From an uncultured beta proteobacterium (GTDB lineage Bacteria > Pseudomonadota > Gammaproteobacteria > Burkholderiales > SG8-39): 64,000 bases of DNA. The number at the start of each line of letters is the position of its first letter. The first letter of the stretch is position 1. Shown here piece by piece: positions 39,027 through 49,693 of this stretch. Both the position numbers and the translations under genes were made by a program. The notes under the pieces were generated by a model. The model was not told the origin of the DNA, did no database searches, and saw nothing but the letters and a program-made list of their open reading frames with translations. Where the stretch lies: positions 170,758 through 234,757 of the forward strand of contig CAVQUV010000002.1 of NCBI GenBank assembly GCA_963716855.1, written 5' to 3'.

Positions 39027-39941
39027 TCACTTCACGCCGGCGTAAGTGTCCTTCAGCCGCGCCTGGGCTTCTTCCAGCGTGCGCGGGGGCGGGGTGGTCT
39101 TGATGCCGACCATGCGCGCGATGTTGTTGCCCATGTAGTCCTCGAGCCCGTCCTCGTCGAGGCCCATGCCCTGCGGCGGCGCCTGGCACAGCACCTCCAG
39201 CTCGCGCAGCCACATGCCCGGCTCGTTCGGCGGCGAATCCGTGCCGAAGACGATCTTGTGCCGGGGCAGCTCCTTGGCGAACTCCACGATCCGCGACTGG
39301 AAGCACCAGCCGGACTCGCAGACCACGTTCGGGGTGTCCATCGCCATCCAGAACGCCTCGAAGGAGTAGTTGCCGCCGGTCTGGATGCCGAAGTGCCCGA
39401 TGATGAACTGCACCATCGGGAACTCGCGGATGATCGGGTAGAACTGCGTCGGGATGCTGTACGGGCCGTCGCCGGTGTGGATCAGCACCACGACGTTGTA
39501 TTTCGCGCACATCTTCATCGCCGGGCGCAGCCAGTCGAGCGCGCGGTCCGGGCGGTAGCCGTGCATGTTGGTGTGCAGCTTCAGCATCTTGAAGCCGTAC
39601 TCCTTCACGTGGAACTCGAGCTCCAGGGCGCCGTTCTCGGGCCCCCAGCGCGGGTTGTAGTTGAAGTTGCCGATGAATCGGTCGGGATACTTCTGGCACA
39701 GCTCGGCGCAGTAGGCCATGTAGTCGCGGATCCCGTCGCGACCCATCCGGTTGCCGTCCCGGTAACCGGTGTTCCCCGGCGGCGGCTGGATGAAGCCCAT
39801 GTCGATGCGGCGCGGCTTGCCGTTGATCATGTACGGCCCGTCCATCAGCTTGAGCATGCGCTCGCCGTTGAACGGCGTGCCGGTGTGCCGCCACGCCTCG
39901 TCGACGAGGTTGGTCGGATGCAGGTGGGTGTCGATGATCAT
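39027..39941 (-). CDS. Amidohydrolase_2 (ACMSD/LigW/gamma-resorcylate decarboxylase-type TIM-barrel metal hydrolase)
   Basis: 304 aa with the N-terminal HxH site MIIDTHLHPT, plus LIHTGDGPYS, IIGHFG and FGTDSPPNEPGMW (strand-8 Asp). Confidence 0.8.
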   Translation of the reverse strand: MIIDTHLHPTNLVDEAWRHTGTPFNGERMLKLMDGPYMINGKPRRIDMGFIQPPPGNTGYRDGNRMGRDGIRDYMAYCAELCQKYPDRFIGNFNYNPRWGPENGALELEFHVKEYGFKMLKLHTNMHGYRPDRALDWLRPAMKMCAKYNVVVLIHTGDGPYSIPTQFYPIIREFPMVQFIIGHFGIQTGGNYSFEAFWMAMDTPNVVCESGWCFQSRIVEFAKELPRHKIVFGTDSPPNEPGMWLRELEVLCQAPPQGMGLDEDGLEDYMGNNIARMVGIKTTPPPRTLEEAQARLKDTYAGVK

Positions 39942-39963
39942 CTAACGCGCTCCGAATGCTTCG

Positions 39964-40885
39964 CTATGCAGCCACCGGCGTCTTCGCCGCGAGGCGCGCT
40001 TTCGCCTCCTCGACCGTGCGCGGCGGCGCGGTCGGCTTCAGGCCGATCATCCGCGCCAGGTTGTTCCCGAGGTAATCCTCGAGCGAGTCCTCGTCCAGGT
40101 TCAGGCCCTGGGGCGGTTCCATGCACAGCACCTCCAGCAGCCGCAGCCACATGCCCGGCTCGTTGGGCGGGGTGGACGGTGCCGAAGATGATCTTGTGCT
40201 TGGGCAGGTCCTTCGCGAACTCCACGATGCGCGACTGCAGGCAGTAGCCCGATTCGCAGAACACGTTCGGCATGTCCATCGCCATCTGGAACGGCTCGAA
40301 GCAGTACACGCCGCCGGTCTGCACGCCGAAGTGCGCCATGATGAAGTTGATCGTCGGGAACTCGCGGATGATCGGCACCCACTCGGTCGGGATGCTGTAC
40401 GGACCGTCGCCGGTGTGGAGCCGGACCAGCAGGCCGAGCTCGGCGCATTTCTTCAGGGCGGGGCGCAGCCAGTCCTTCGCGCGGTCCGGCCGGTAGGCGT
40501 GCAGGTTCGCGTGGAGCTGCACCATCTTGAAGCCGAACTCCTTCGCGTGGCGCTCGATCTCCAGGGCGCCGTTCTCCGTGCCGTAGCGCGGGTTGTAGAC
40601 GAAGCAGCCGAGGAACCGGTCGGGATACTTCTGGACGAGCTCGACCGTGTAGTCCATGTACGCCCGGATGGCGTCGCGGCCGGTGCGGGTGCCGTCGGTC
40701 CAGGTGTAGAGGGTGTTGCCCTCCGCCGGCTGGATGAAAGCCTTGTCGACGCGGCGCGGCTTGCCGTTGACCGTGTACGGGCCGTCCATCATCTTGATCA
40801 GGCGCTCGCCGGTGAACGGTTCGCCGTCGTGCCACCAGGCCAGATCGACGACCTTCGTGGGATGGCAGGCCGAGTCGATGATCAT
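39964..40885 (-). pseudogene. Amidohydrolase_2 paralog with degenerate metal ligands, +1 shift near nt 40177
   Basis: MIIDSACHPT... (Met112 of ORF 39938..41218) shares blocks with 39027..39941. These include MDGPY..NGKPRR.D..FIQP, HTGDGPYSIPT, IIREFP and CESG.C.QSRIVEFAK.LP.HKI.FGT. The C-terminus (PPNEPGMWLRLLEVLCMEPPQG..., ORF 39964..40152) is in the next frame. Confidence 0.75.
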
Positions 40886-41216
40886 GCGGACGCTCCTTCG
40901 GTGATCGGTTGGTGACGCGCAAGCGGTTCGCGCCGGGGACGGCTCCGTCCGGGGCCTGCTCGCTCGCGCTCCGATCGGGGCGCGGCGCGGGCAGGGTCGC
41001 GGTCGGGATCGCACGGGGCGAATCACCTCGCCTGTGAGCAATCTCCCACCGAGCGGCTGCGGCGTTGCACCGCGTGCGGCCCGGCCGACCGCTTCTACCC
41101 ACGTCCCGGGCTTTTTAGGGGATCGACCTGCATCTGTCAAGGGGCGCGGCCGCGTCGCGCGCTCGGTAAGATCGCGCTCGAAATCGCATGCAACGCCGGA
41201 CACGGAGCGCCCGATC

Positions 41217-42331
<1,115 letters not shown>

Positions 42332-42338
<7 letters not shown>

Positions 42339-42940
42339 GTACCTGCGTGAGCGGTAGTCGACCGCGCGCGGCGCGCAAGCTCTTCCCAGAGCGTCCCGGT
42401 GTCCTTCCGGAACACCGTGTCGGCGTCCGCGTCGAACACCCACCAGTCGCCGCGCTGCAGCTCGTTCGCCAGCTGCCCGGGCGCCCAGCCCGAGAAGCCG
42501 TTGAAAAAGCGGATCTGCTCGGGCGGCTTGAGCAGCAGCTGCTCGACGGTGGGGGGATGCAGCGCGAGGTGCAGGTCGTCGCCCGCGGGGAGCGACTGGC
42601 CCGGTGTCTCTTTTGCGCGGAACACTGCAAACAGCCCCACGCGCTCCACGGGCCCGCCGAAGTAGAGCGGCTCGGTGAACCTCGCGAGCGTGGGGTTGCC
42701 GGGCAGGATGCTCGCCAGCGACTGCCGGGTCGGGCGATTGATGATCACCCCGAGCGTGGCGCCATCCGGCGCGTTCGTGACCAGCACGACGGTGTGCTGG
42801 AAGTTCGGGTCGAGCAGGCTCGGCTTGGCGACCAGGAAGAACCCGCGATCGGTCGGCTGCGCAGCCGCGGCGTGAGCGCCCAGCGCGAGGACTGCGGCGA
42901 ACAGCAGCCGCAGCGCCGCGCGGGCGCCCGTCATGCTCAC
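42332..42940 (-). CDS. YqgE/AlgH (UPF0301, DUF179) family protein with a predicted signal peptide
   Basis: 202 aa. The N-terminal [19 protein letters not shown] precedes the family core [20 protein letters not shown]...GVIINRP...YFGGPV...[24 protein letters not shown]. Confidence 0.75.
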
Positions 42941-42944
42941 CGCT

Positions 42945-43565
42945 CTAGTCGGAGGTGTGCTCCGCGGGCGTCGACGCGCTGATCTGCCGCGACATCCGCA
43001 GCATCTCCTCCCACAGCGTGTCGGTGTCCTTGCGGAAGATCGTGTTGACGTCCGGGTTCAGGACGTGCCACAGGCCGCGGTCGATCTCGCGGCGCAGCTC
43101 GCCGGGGCGCCAGCCGACGTAGCCGACGTAGAAGCGCGCGTCGTTCGGCCGTTCCTCGATGATCTTGTCGATCGTGTTGACGTTGATCGCGAGATAGAGG
43201 TTCGACATCATCAGCAGCGAGCCCTGCCCCGGGCTCGCGTCGCCGCGCACCACCGCCACGAGCGCGGTGGTCGAAAACGGCCCGCCGAAGAACACCGGCT
43301 CCACGACTTTCTTGGACGGCTCGTGCTCGGGAAACAGGCTCGACAGCGAGCGGCGCGTCGGGCGATTGAGGATCACGCCGACGTGGCCGCCGTTGGCGGT
43401 CGGCGAGGCGATGAGGACGGTCTGGCGGTACTCCGGATCGCGCAGCGCCGGCGCCGCGACCAGGAAGACGGCGCCGTCGGTCGAGGGCGTCTGGCCCTGC
43501 GCCCACGTCGTCGAGGCGACGAGGGCGAGGAGCGTGGCGGCGAGCAGGCGGGGCCAGAGTGTCAT
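42945..43565 (-). CDS. YqgE/AlgH (UPF0301, DUF179) family protein with a predicted signal peptide, tandem paralog
   Basis: 206 aa. The N-terminal MTLWPRLLAATLLALVASTTWAQG precedes FLVAAPALRDPEYRQTVLIA...GVILNRP...FFGGP...YVGYVGWRPGELRREIDRGLWHV. Confidence 0.75.
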   Translation of the reverse strand: MTLWPRLLAATLLALVASTTWAQGQTPSTDGAVFLVAAPALRDPEYRQTVLIASPTANGGHVGVILNRPTRRSLSSLFPEHEPSKKVVEPVFFGGPFSTTALVAVVRGDASPGQGSLLMMSNLYLAINVNTIDKIIEERPNDARFYVGYVGWRPGELRREIDRGLWHVLNPDVNTIFRKDTDTLWEEMLRMSRQISASTPAEHTSD

Positions 43566-43598
43566 CGGTTCATCCTCGGAAGCGGCGCGGCAACGACC

Positions 43599-44210
43599 CT
43601 ATTCTAGCGAGGTGACGGGGGCGTGGCGGAAACAGCTCACCAGGTGATCGTTCGCCATGCCCACCGCCTGCATGAAAGCGTAGCAAATTGTGGAGCCGAC
43701 GAAGCGAAATCCTGCGCGCCGGAGGTCGTTTGCCATGGAATCGGAGATCGCGGTGCGGGCCGGTACCTGATCTACGCGCCGCCAGCGGTTCCGGATGGGG
43801 CGGCCGTCCACGAACCGCCAGAGATAGGCGTCCAGGCTGCCGTAGCGCTCGCGCACCGCGAGCGCGGACCGCGCATTCTGCACCGCCGCCTCGATTTTCA
43901 GGCGGTTACGGACGATTCCCGCGTCGGCGAGAAGGGCGGTTTTCTTGCGCGTCCCGTAGCGCGCGATGCGCTCGGGGTCGAAGCCGTCGAACGCCCGGCG
44001 GTAGTTCGCGCGCTTGTTGAGGATCGTCGACCAGGACAGGCCGGCCTGCGCGCCTTCCAGGATCAGGAACTCGAAGAGCGTGCGGTCGTCGTGCACGGGC
44101 ACTCCCCACTCCTCGTCGTGGTAGCGCACGTAGAGCTCGCTGCCGAGGCACCAGGCGCACCGCTTTCGTGCGTCCGGCTTCCAAGCCGGAGGGCGGGCCG
44201 CCCCCGGCAT
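43599..44210 (-). CDS. tag: DNA-3-methyladenine glycosylase I
   Basis: 203 aa. RCAWCLGSELYVRYHDEEWGVPVHDDRTLFEFLILEGAQAGLSWSTIL, the Tag zinc/HhH signature. Confidence 0.88.
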   Translation of the reverse strand: MPGAARPPAWKPDARKRCAWCLGSELYVRYHDEEWGVPVHDDRTLFEFLILEGAQAGLSWSTILNKRANYRRAFDGFDPERIARYGTRKKTALLADAGIVRNRLKIEAAVQNARSALAVRERYGSLDAYLWRFVDGRPIRNRWRRVDQVPARTAISDSMANDLRRAGFRFVGSTICYAFMQAVGMANDHLVSCFRHAPVTSLE

Positions 44211-44252
44211 CAGAAGAACGCCTGAATCCCGGTTTGTGCCCTGCCGAGGATC
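44210..44252 (-). other. Relic of an acyl-CoA dehydrogenase 3' end (encodes [13 protein letters not shown]-stop) abutting the tag start codon
   Basis: This 43-nt segment translates on the minus strand to exactly the same 13 residues plus stop as the real gcdH C-terminus at 44316..44358. It differs at about 9 synonymous positions. Its TGA overlaps the tag ATG. Confidence 0.6.
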
Positions 44253-44315
44253 GTCAACGACGCAAGGGGATACATCCCCTTGCGATCCCCTAGGTCAGCC
44301 GGGCGCGCGAGCATC

Positions 44316-45518
<1,203 letters not shown>

Positions 45519-45540
45519 GCGGCGTCTCCTTGCGGGAGGG

Positions 45541-47064
45541 TCAGTTCTCGGGCGTGAGCAATGATAGTCCAAGCCATGCGCGGCGCTTCAGCCACGGGCT
45601 CGGGCGGTAGCGCGGGTCGCCGTAGAAGGACTGCAGGCGCTCGAGGATCTCGAGCACGCGGGCCGGGCCGATCGCGTCGCCCCAGGCGAGGGGCCCGAGC
45701 GGATAGCCGAGCCCGAGGGTCACGGCGAGGTCGAGATCCTGCGGCGAGCAGATGCGCTGCTGCGCGATGTCGCAGCCGATGTTGACGATGTGCGCCACCA
45801 CGCGTTGCGCGATAAAGCCCGCGCTGTCGTGGATCGCCGACACCGGGACGCCGTCCCGGGCGAGCAGGGCGTGCGCGGCGTCGCGCATCGCCGGCAGGGT
45901 GGCGGGCGTCGCCATGATCGTGCGGCGCTTGTCGAGGCCGAACAGGCCGTCCACCGCGACCGTGCGCGTGGCGTCGATGCGTTCCGCGATGGCGGCGCTC
46001 GTTGCATCCAATCCGAGCGGCGCGACCAGGCACAGCGAATCGGGGCCCGGGCGATCGCCGTGATCGAGCTGGGCGCCGAGCGTCGCGACCGTCGCCGCGA
46101 GCCGGTCGTGCAGGCCGTGTCGCGCGACCCAGACTTTCGGGATCGGCACGTCCGGCACGGGCGCGACCGGCATCGGCTGCGCGCGACCGGCGACGTACTC
46201 GTAGAACCCGCGGTTATCCGATTTGCGCCCGAGCCGCCCGGCGACGACGCGCTGCGCCGTGATCGGCGAGGGGCGATAGCGCGGTTCCTGGTAGTACTGG
46301 TCGTAGATCGATTCCATCACCGGGTGCGAGACGTCCAGTCCGGTGAGGTCCATCAGCTCGAACGGGCCCATGCGGAAGCCCGCCTGGTCGCGGAGACAGC
46401 GGTCGATCTCCCAGAACGGGGCGACGCCCTCGCGCAGGCACGCGAGCGCCTCCGTGCCGAAGCCGCGGCCCGCATGGTTGACGATGAACCCCGGCGTGTC
46501 CTGCGCGCGCACCGGCGTGTGACCCATGCGCCGCGCGAGCGCGACCAGCGCGTCGCCGACCCACGGCGCGGTCAGCAGGCCGTCGACCACCTCGACGACC
46601 TTCATGAGCGGCACCGGGTTGAAGAAATGGAAGCCGCCGACGCGGTCGGGATGCTTGCACGCCGCGGCGATCGCGGTGACCTGCAGCGACGAGGTGTTGG
46701 TGGCGAGCACGCAGTCGGGCGCGACGAACCCCTCGAGGTGCTGGAACAGCTCGCATTTCGCATCGAGCCGCTCGACGATCGCTTCGATCACGACCTGGCA
46801 CTTCGCGAGATGCCCGAGCCCGTGCCCGACCTCGAGCAGACCGGCGGCGCGGGTCGCCGCGTCCGCGGGCACCTTGCCCTTGTCCGCGAGCTTTGCGATC
46901 GTGCCGACGACGTAGTCCTGCGCCGCGGATGCCGCGTCGGCGCGGCTGTCGTAGAGCACGACGTGGACGCCGGCCTGCGCCGCGATCTGCGCGATGCCGC
47001 GTCCCATCACGCCGGTGCCGACGATGCCGATGGCGAGATCCTGGCGCTGCGGGTCGAGGGGCAT
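45541..47064 (-). CDS. 3-hydroxyacyl-CoA dehydrogenase (long form with duplicated C-terminal domain)
   Basis: 507 aa with the NAD site [14 protein letters not shown], then [17 protein letters not shown] and PGFIVNH, plus a second 3HCDH_C-like domain. Confidence 0.88.
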   Translation of the reverse strand: MPLDPQRQDLAIGIVGTGVMGRGIAQIAAQAGVHVVLYDSRADAASAAQDYVVGTIAKLADKGKVPADAATRAAGLLEVGHGLGHLAKCQVVIEAIVERLDAKCELFQHLEGFVAPDCVLATNTSSLQVTAIAAACKHPDRVGGFHFFNPVPLMKVVEVVDGLLTAPWVGDALVALARRMGHTPVRAQDTPGFIVNHAGRGFGTEALACLREGVAPFWEIDRCLRDQAGFRMGPFELMDLTGLDVSHPVMESIYDQYYQEPRYRPSPITAQRVVAGRLGRKSDNRGFYEYVAGRAQPMPVAPVPDVPIPKVWVARHGLHDRLAATVATLGAQLDHGDRPGPDSLCLVAPLGLDATSAAIAERIDATRTVAVDGLFGLDKRRTIMATPATLPAMRDAAHALLARDGVPVSAIHDSAGFIAQRVVAHIVNIGCDIAQQRICSPQDLDLAVTLGLGYPLGPLAWGDAIGPARVLEILERLQSFYGDPRYRPSPWLKRRAWLGLSLLTPEN

Positions 47065-47263
47065 GTGCGCGATCTGGAGGAGAGCCGCAGGCGCCGATTG
47101 TAGCCCGCCGCAAGCGCGTGCCGATTGACGCCCCTTAAGGATTTCGGCAATCTCTCTCCGGAGTACGCGCCGGCGAGGAGAGGTCGCCCGACGGCCCGGC
47201 GCGCCGCCGCGTGCGGCGCGCTCAGGACCGGCGCGGAAGAGTCATTCCATAGGAGGGCGACCG

Positions 47264-47698
47264 ATGTATAAGCGCATTCTCATGGCGTACAACGGTACGC
47301 GCGAGGGCAAGGCAGCGCTGCTCGCCTGCACCGAGATCGCGGCGTTCGAGCGGGCCGAGACCCACCTGCTCGCGGTCGCGAGCATGCCGTCCAGCATGTT
47401 CCTCACCGAGGGGTTCCTGCCCGAGGAGCTCATCGAGGAGGAGAAGAAGCGCATGCAGGACGTCCTCGGCGAAGGGCTCGCGGCGCTCAAGGAGCGCGGC
47501 TATGCGGTCGAGGGCCACCTCGCGGTCGGGGAACCCGTGGAGGAGATCTGCCGGCTCGCGTCCGAGGTCAAGTGCGACCTGATCGTGGTCGGCCACAAGC
47601 AGAAGCAGTCGTTCGCCGCGCGCTGGTGGCGCGGGTCGGTGGGCGCCACGCTGCTCGACTACGCGCCCTGCAGCGTCCTCGTCGCGATGGGCGCTTGA
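47264..47698 (+). CDS. Universal stress protein (UspA family)
   Basis: 144 aa. MYKRILMAYNGT...DLIVVGHKQKQSFAARWWRGSVGATLLDYAPCSVLV. Confidence 0.85.
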   Translation: MYKRILMAYNGTREGKAALLACTEIAAFERAETHLLAVASMPSSMFLTEGFLPEELIEEEKKRMQDVLGEGLAALKERGYAVEGHLAVGEPVEEICRLASEVKCDLIVVGHKQKQSFAARWWRGSVGATLLDYAPCSVLVAMGA

Positions 47699-49281
47699 GC
47701 GGGGGCGGCGCGCGCGCCCGGCTCGCGCCGCCGCTCGAGCCGCCGCCGCGCGTCGATGATCTCGCGCCGCGCGGCGCGGTGCGGCATCCCGACGCGATCG
47801 CGGTGATCGCGCCCGACGGCGCGCTCACCTATCGCGAGTTCGCGGCTGCCGTCGACAGCGCTGCAGCGCTGCTCCGAGAACTCGAGGTGCGCGGAGGCGA
47901 CCGCGTACTGGTCGTCAACGAGAACTGCGCGGCGGCGCTCCTCCTGGCGCTGGCGACGACCCGCATCGCGGCCTGGCCGGTCCTGGTGAACGCGCGGCTC
48001 TCCGCCCGGGAGATCGAGGCGATCACCGCGCATTGCACGCCGCGGCGGATGCTCTTCACCACCGCGGCTTCGCGCGACGCGGCGTCGCATGCGGAGCGTG
48101 CCGGCGCGGCGGCGCTGGCGTTGCAGGGCGTCGCCGACATTGCGGCCGCCCCGGTCGACGGGGCCGCCGTCGCGGAGCCGGTCGAGGACGATCCCGCGCG
48201 CCAGGTCGCGGCGCTGGTCTACACCACCGGAACCACGGGCGCGCCGAAGGGCGTCATGCTTTCCCACCGGAACCTGCTGTTCGCCGCGGTCTCCGGTGCG
48301 ACGCTCCGGCGACTCGGCCCCGACGATCGCGTCTACGTGGCGCTGCCGATCTCGCACATCTTCGGCCTCGCGTCGGGCTGCATGGGGAGCCTGCTCGCCG
48401 GCGCGGCGCTGCATCTCGTTCCGCGCTTCACCCCCGAGGGCCTCGCCGACGCGCTCGAGCACGACGGCATCACGGTGCTGCCGGGAGTGCCGGCGATGTA
48501 CACGCGGCTGCTCGAGCACGCGCGGCGCACCGGCCGCGCGATCCGCGCGCCGCGGCTGAGGTTCGCGTACGCGGGCGGCGCGCCGCTCGATCCAGCGCTG
48601 AAGGTCGAGGTGGAGGGCGTGCTCCGGCAGCCGCTGCACAACGGCTATGGCCTGACCGAAACCTCGCCGACCATCTCGTCAACCCGCATCGAGGCGCCGC
48701 GTACCGATCTCTCGGTCGGTCCGCCCGTCCCGGGAATCGAGCTGCGCCTCGTCGGCGCCGATGCTCGCGTGGTGCCGGGCGGCGAGGTTGGCGAGCTGCA
48801 CGTGCGCGGACCGAATGTCATGCTCGGCTACCACCGCGATCCGGATCTGACCGCGCAGGTGATCGATCGCGAAGGCTGGTTCAACACGGGTGATCTCGCG
48901 CGGCAGGACGGCGACGGGAGTCTCTTCATCGTCGGACGGACGAAGGAGCTGATCATCCGCTCCGGCTTCAACGTCTATCCCGCCGAAGTCGAAGGCGTGC
49001 TCGGCCAGCATCCGGCCGTCGCACAGTCCGCGGTGGTGGGGCGCACGGTGCCTGGCAACGAGGAGGTGGTCGCGTTCGTCGAGCTGCGCGCCGGCGCCGC
49101 CGCGGCGCCGGCGGAGCTGCACGCTTTCGCCGCCGCGCGACTCGCGCCCTACAAAGTGCCCGCCGAGATCGTCGTGATGTCCGCGCTGCCGGCGTCGGCC
49201 ACCGGCAAGGTGCTGAAGGCGAAACTGCGCGAACTGGCGCAGGCGGGCACGGAGGCTGGATCCCGGCTTGCGCCGGGATGA
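47695..49281 (+). CDS. AMP-dependent acyl-CoA synthetase/ligase
   Basis: Has the AMP motif LVYTTGTTGAPKGVMLSH, plus YGLTETS, FNTGDLA and GKVLK. The proposed TTG start at 47695 overlaps the usp stop, so the start is uncertain. The last 26 nt, including the stop codon, lie inside the first REP element. Confidence 0.82.
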   Translation: MSGGGARARLAPPLEPPPRVDDLAPRGAVRHPDAIAVIAPDGALTYREFAAAVDSAAALLRELEVRGGDRVLVVNENCAAALLLALATTRIAAWPVLVNARLSAREIEAITAHCTPRRMLFTTAASRDAASHAERAGAAALALQGVADIAAAPVDGAAVAEPVEDDPARQVAALVYTTGTTGAPKGVMLSHRNLLFAAVSGATLRRLGPDDRVYVALPISHIFGLASGCMGSLLAGAALHLVPRFTPEGLADALEHDGITVLPGVPAMYTRLLEHARRTGRAIRAPRLRFAYAGGAPLDPALKVEVEGVLRQPLHNGYGLTETSPTISSTRIEAPRTDLSVGPPVPGIELRLVGADARVVPGGEVGELHVRGPNVMLGYHRDPDLTAQVIDREGWFNTGDLARQDGDGSLFIVGRTKELIIRSGFNVYPAEVEGVLGQHPAVAQSAVVGRTVPGNEEVVAFVELRAGAAAAPAELHAFAAARLAPYKVPAEIVVMSALPASATGKVLKAKLRELAQAGTEAGSRLAPG

Positions 49282-49659
49282 CGGTTCAGCTCGTCACTCC
49301 GGCGAAAGCCGGAGTCCAGGCAAGGGCCTGGCGTACTGCGAAATGCGCCGCTGGATCCCGGCTTGCGCCGGGATGACGGTTTAGCTCGTCACTCCGGCGA
49401 AAGCCGGAGTCCAGGCGAGGGCCGGCGTACTGCGAAATGCGCCGCTGGATCCCGGCTTGCGCCGGGATGACGGTTTAGCTCGTCACTCCGGCGAAAGCCG
49501 GAGTCCAGGCGAGGGCCGGCGTACTGCGAAATGCGCCGCTGGATTCCGGCTTGCGCCGGGATGACGGTTTAGCTCGTCACTCCGGCGAAAGCCGGAGTCC
49601 AGGCGAGGGCCGGCGTACTGCGAAATGCGCTGCTGGATCCCGGCTTGCGCCGGGATGAC
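49256..49659. repeat. Tandem array (~4.3 units, period 94-95 bp) of REPIN-like doublets of a 27-nt palindromic REP element
   Basis: The forward REP ctggatcccggcttgcgccgggatgac occurs at 49256, 49351, 49445, 49539 and 49633. The inverted copy gtcactccggcgaaagccggagtccag occurs at 49293, 49388, 49482 and 49576. Whole units are near-identical. Confidence 0.88.
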
Positions 49660-49693
49660 CTGCGACGCGCGGCAGTTGCCGCGCTCTCGCAGG

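Noticed and set aside
49256-49659. Possible CRISPR array, because of the regularly spaced palindromic repeats.
   Set aside because: The whole 94-bp unit, including the would-be spacers, is repeated almost identically. There are therefore no unique spacers. No cas genes or leader are nearby. The REP/REPIN tandem-array interpretation fits better.
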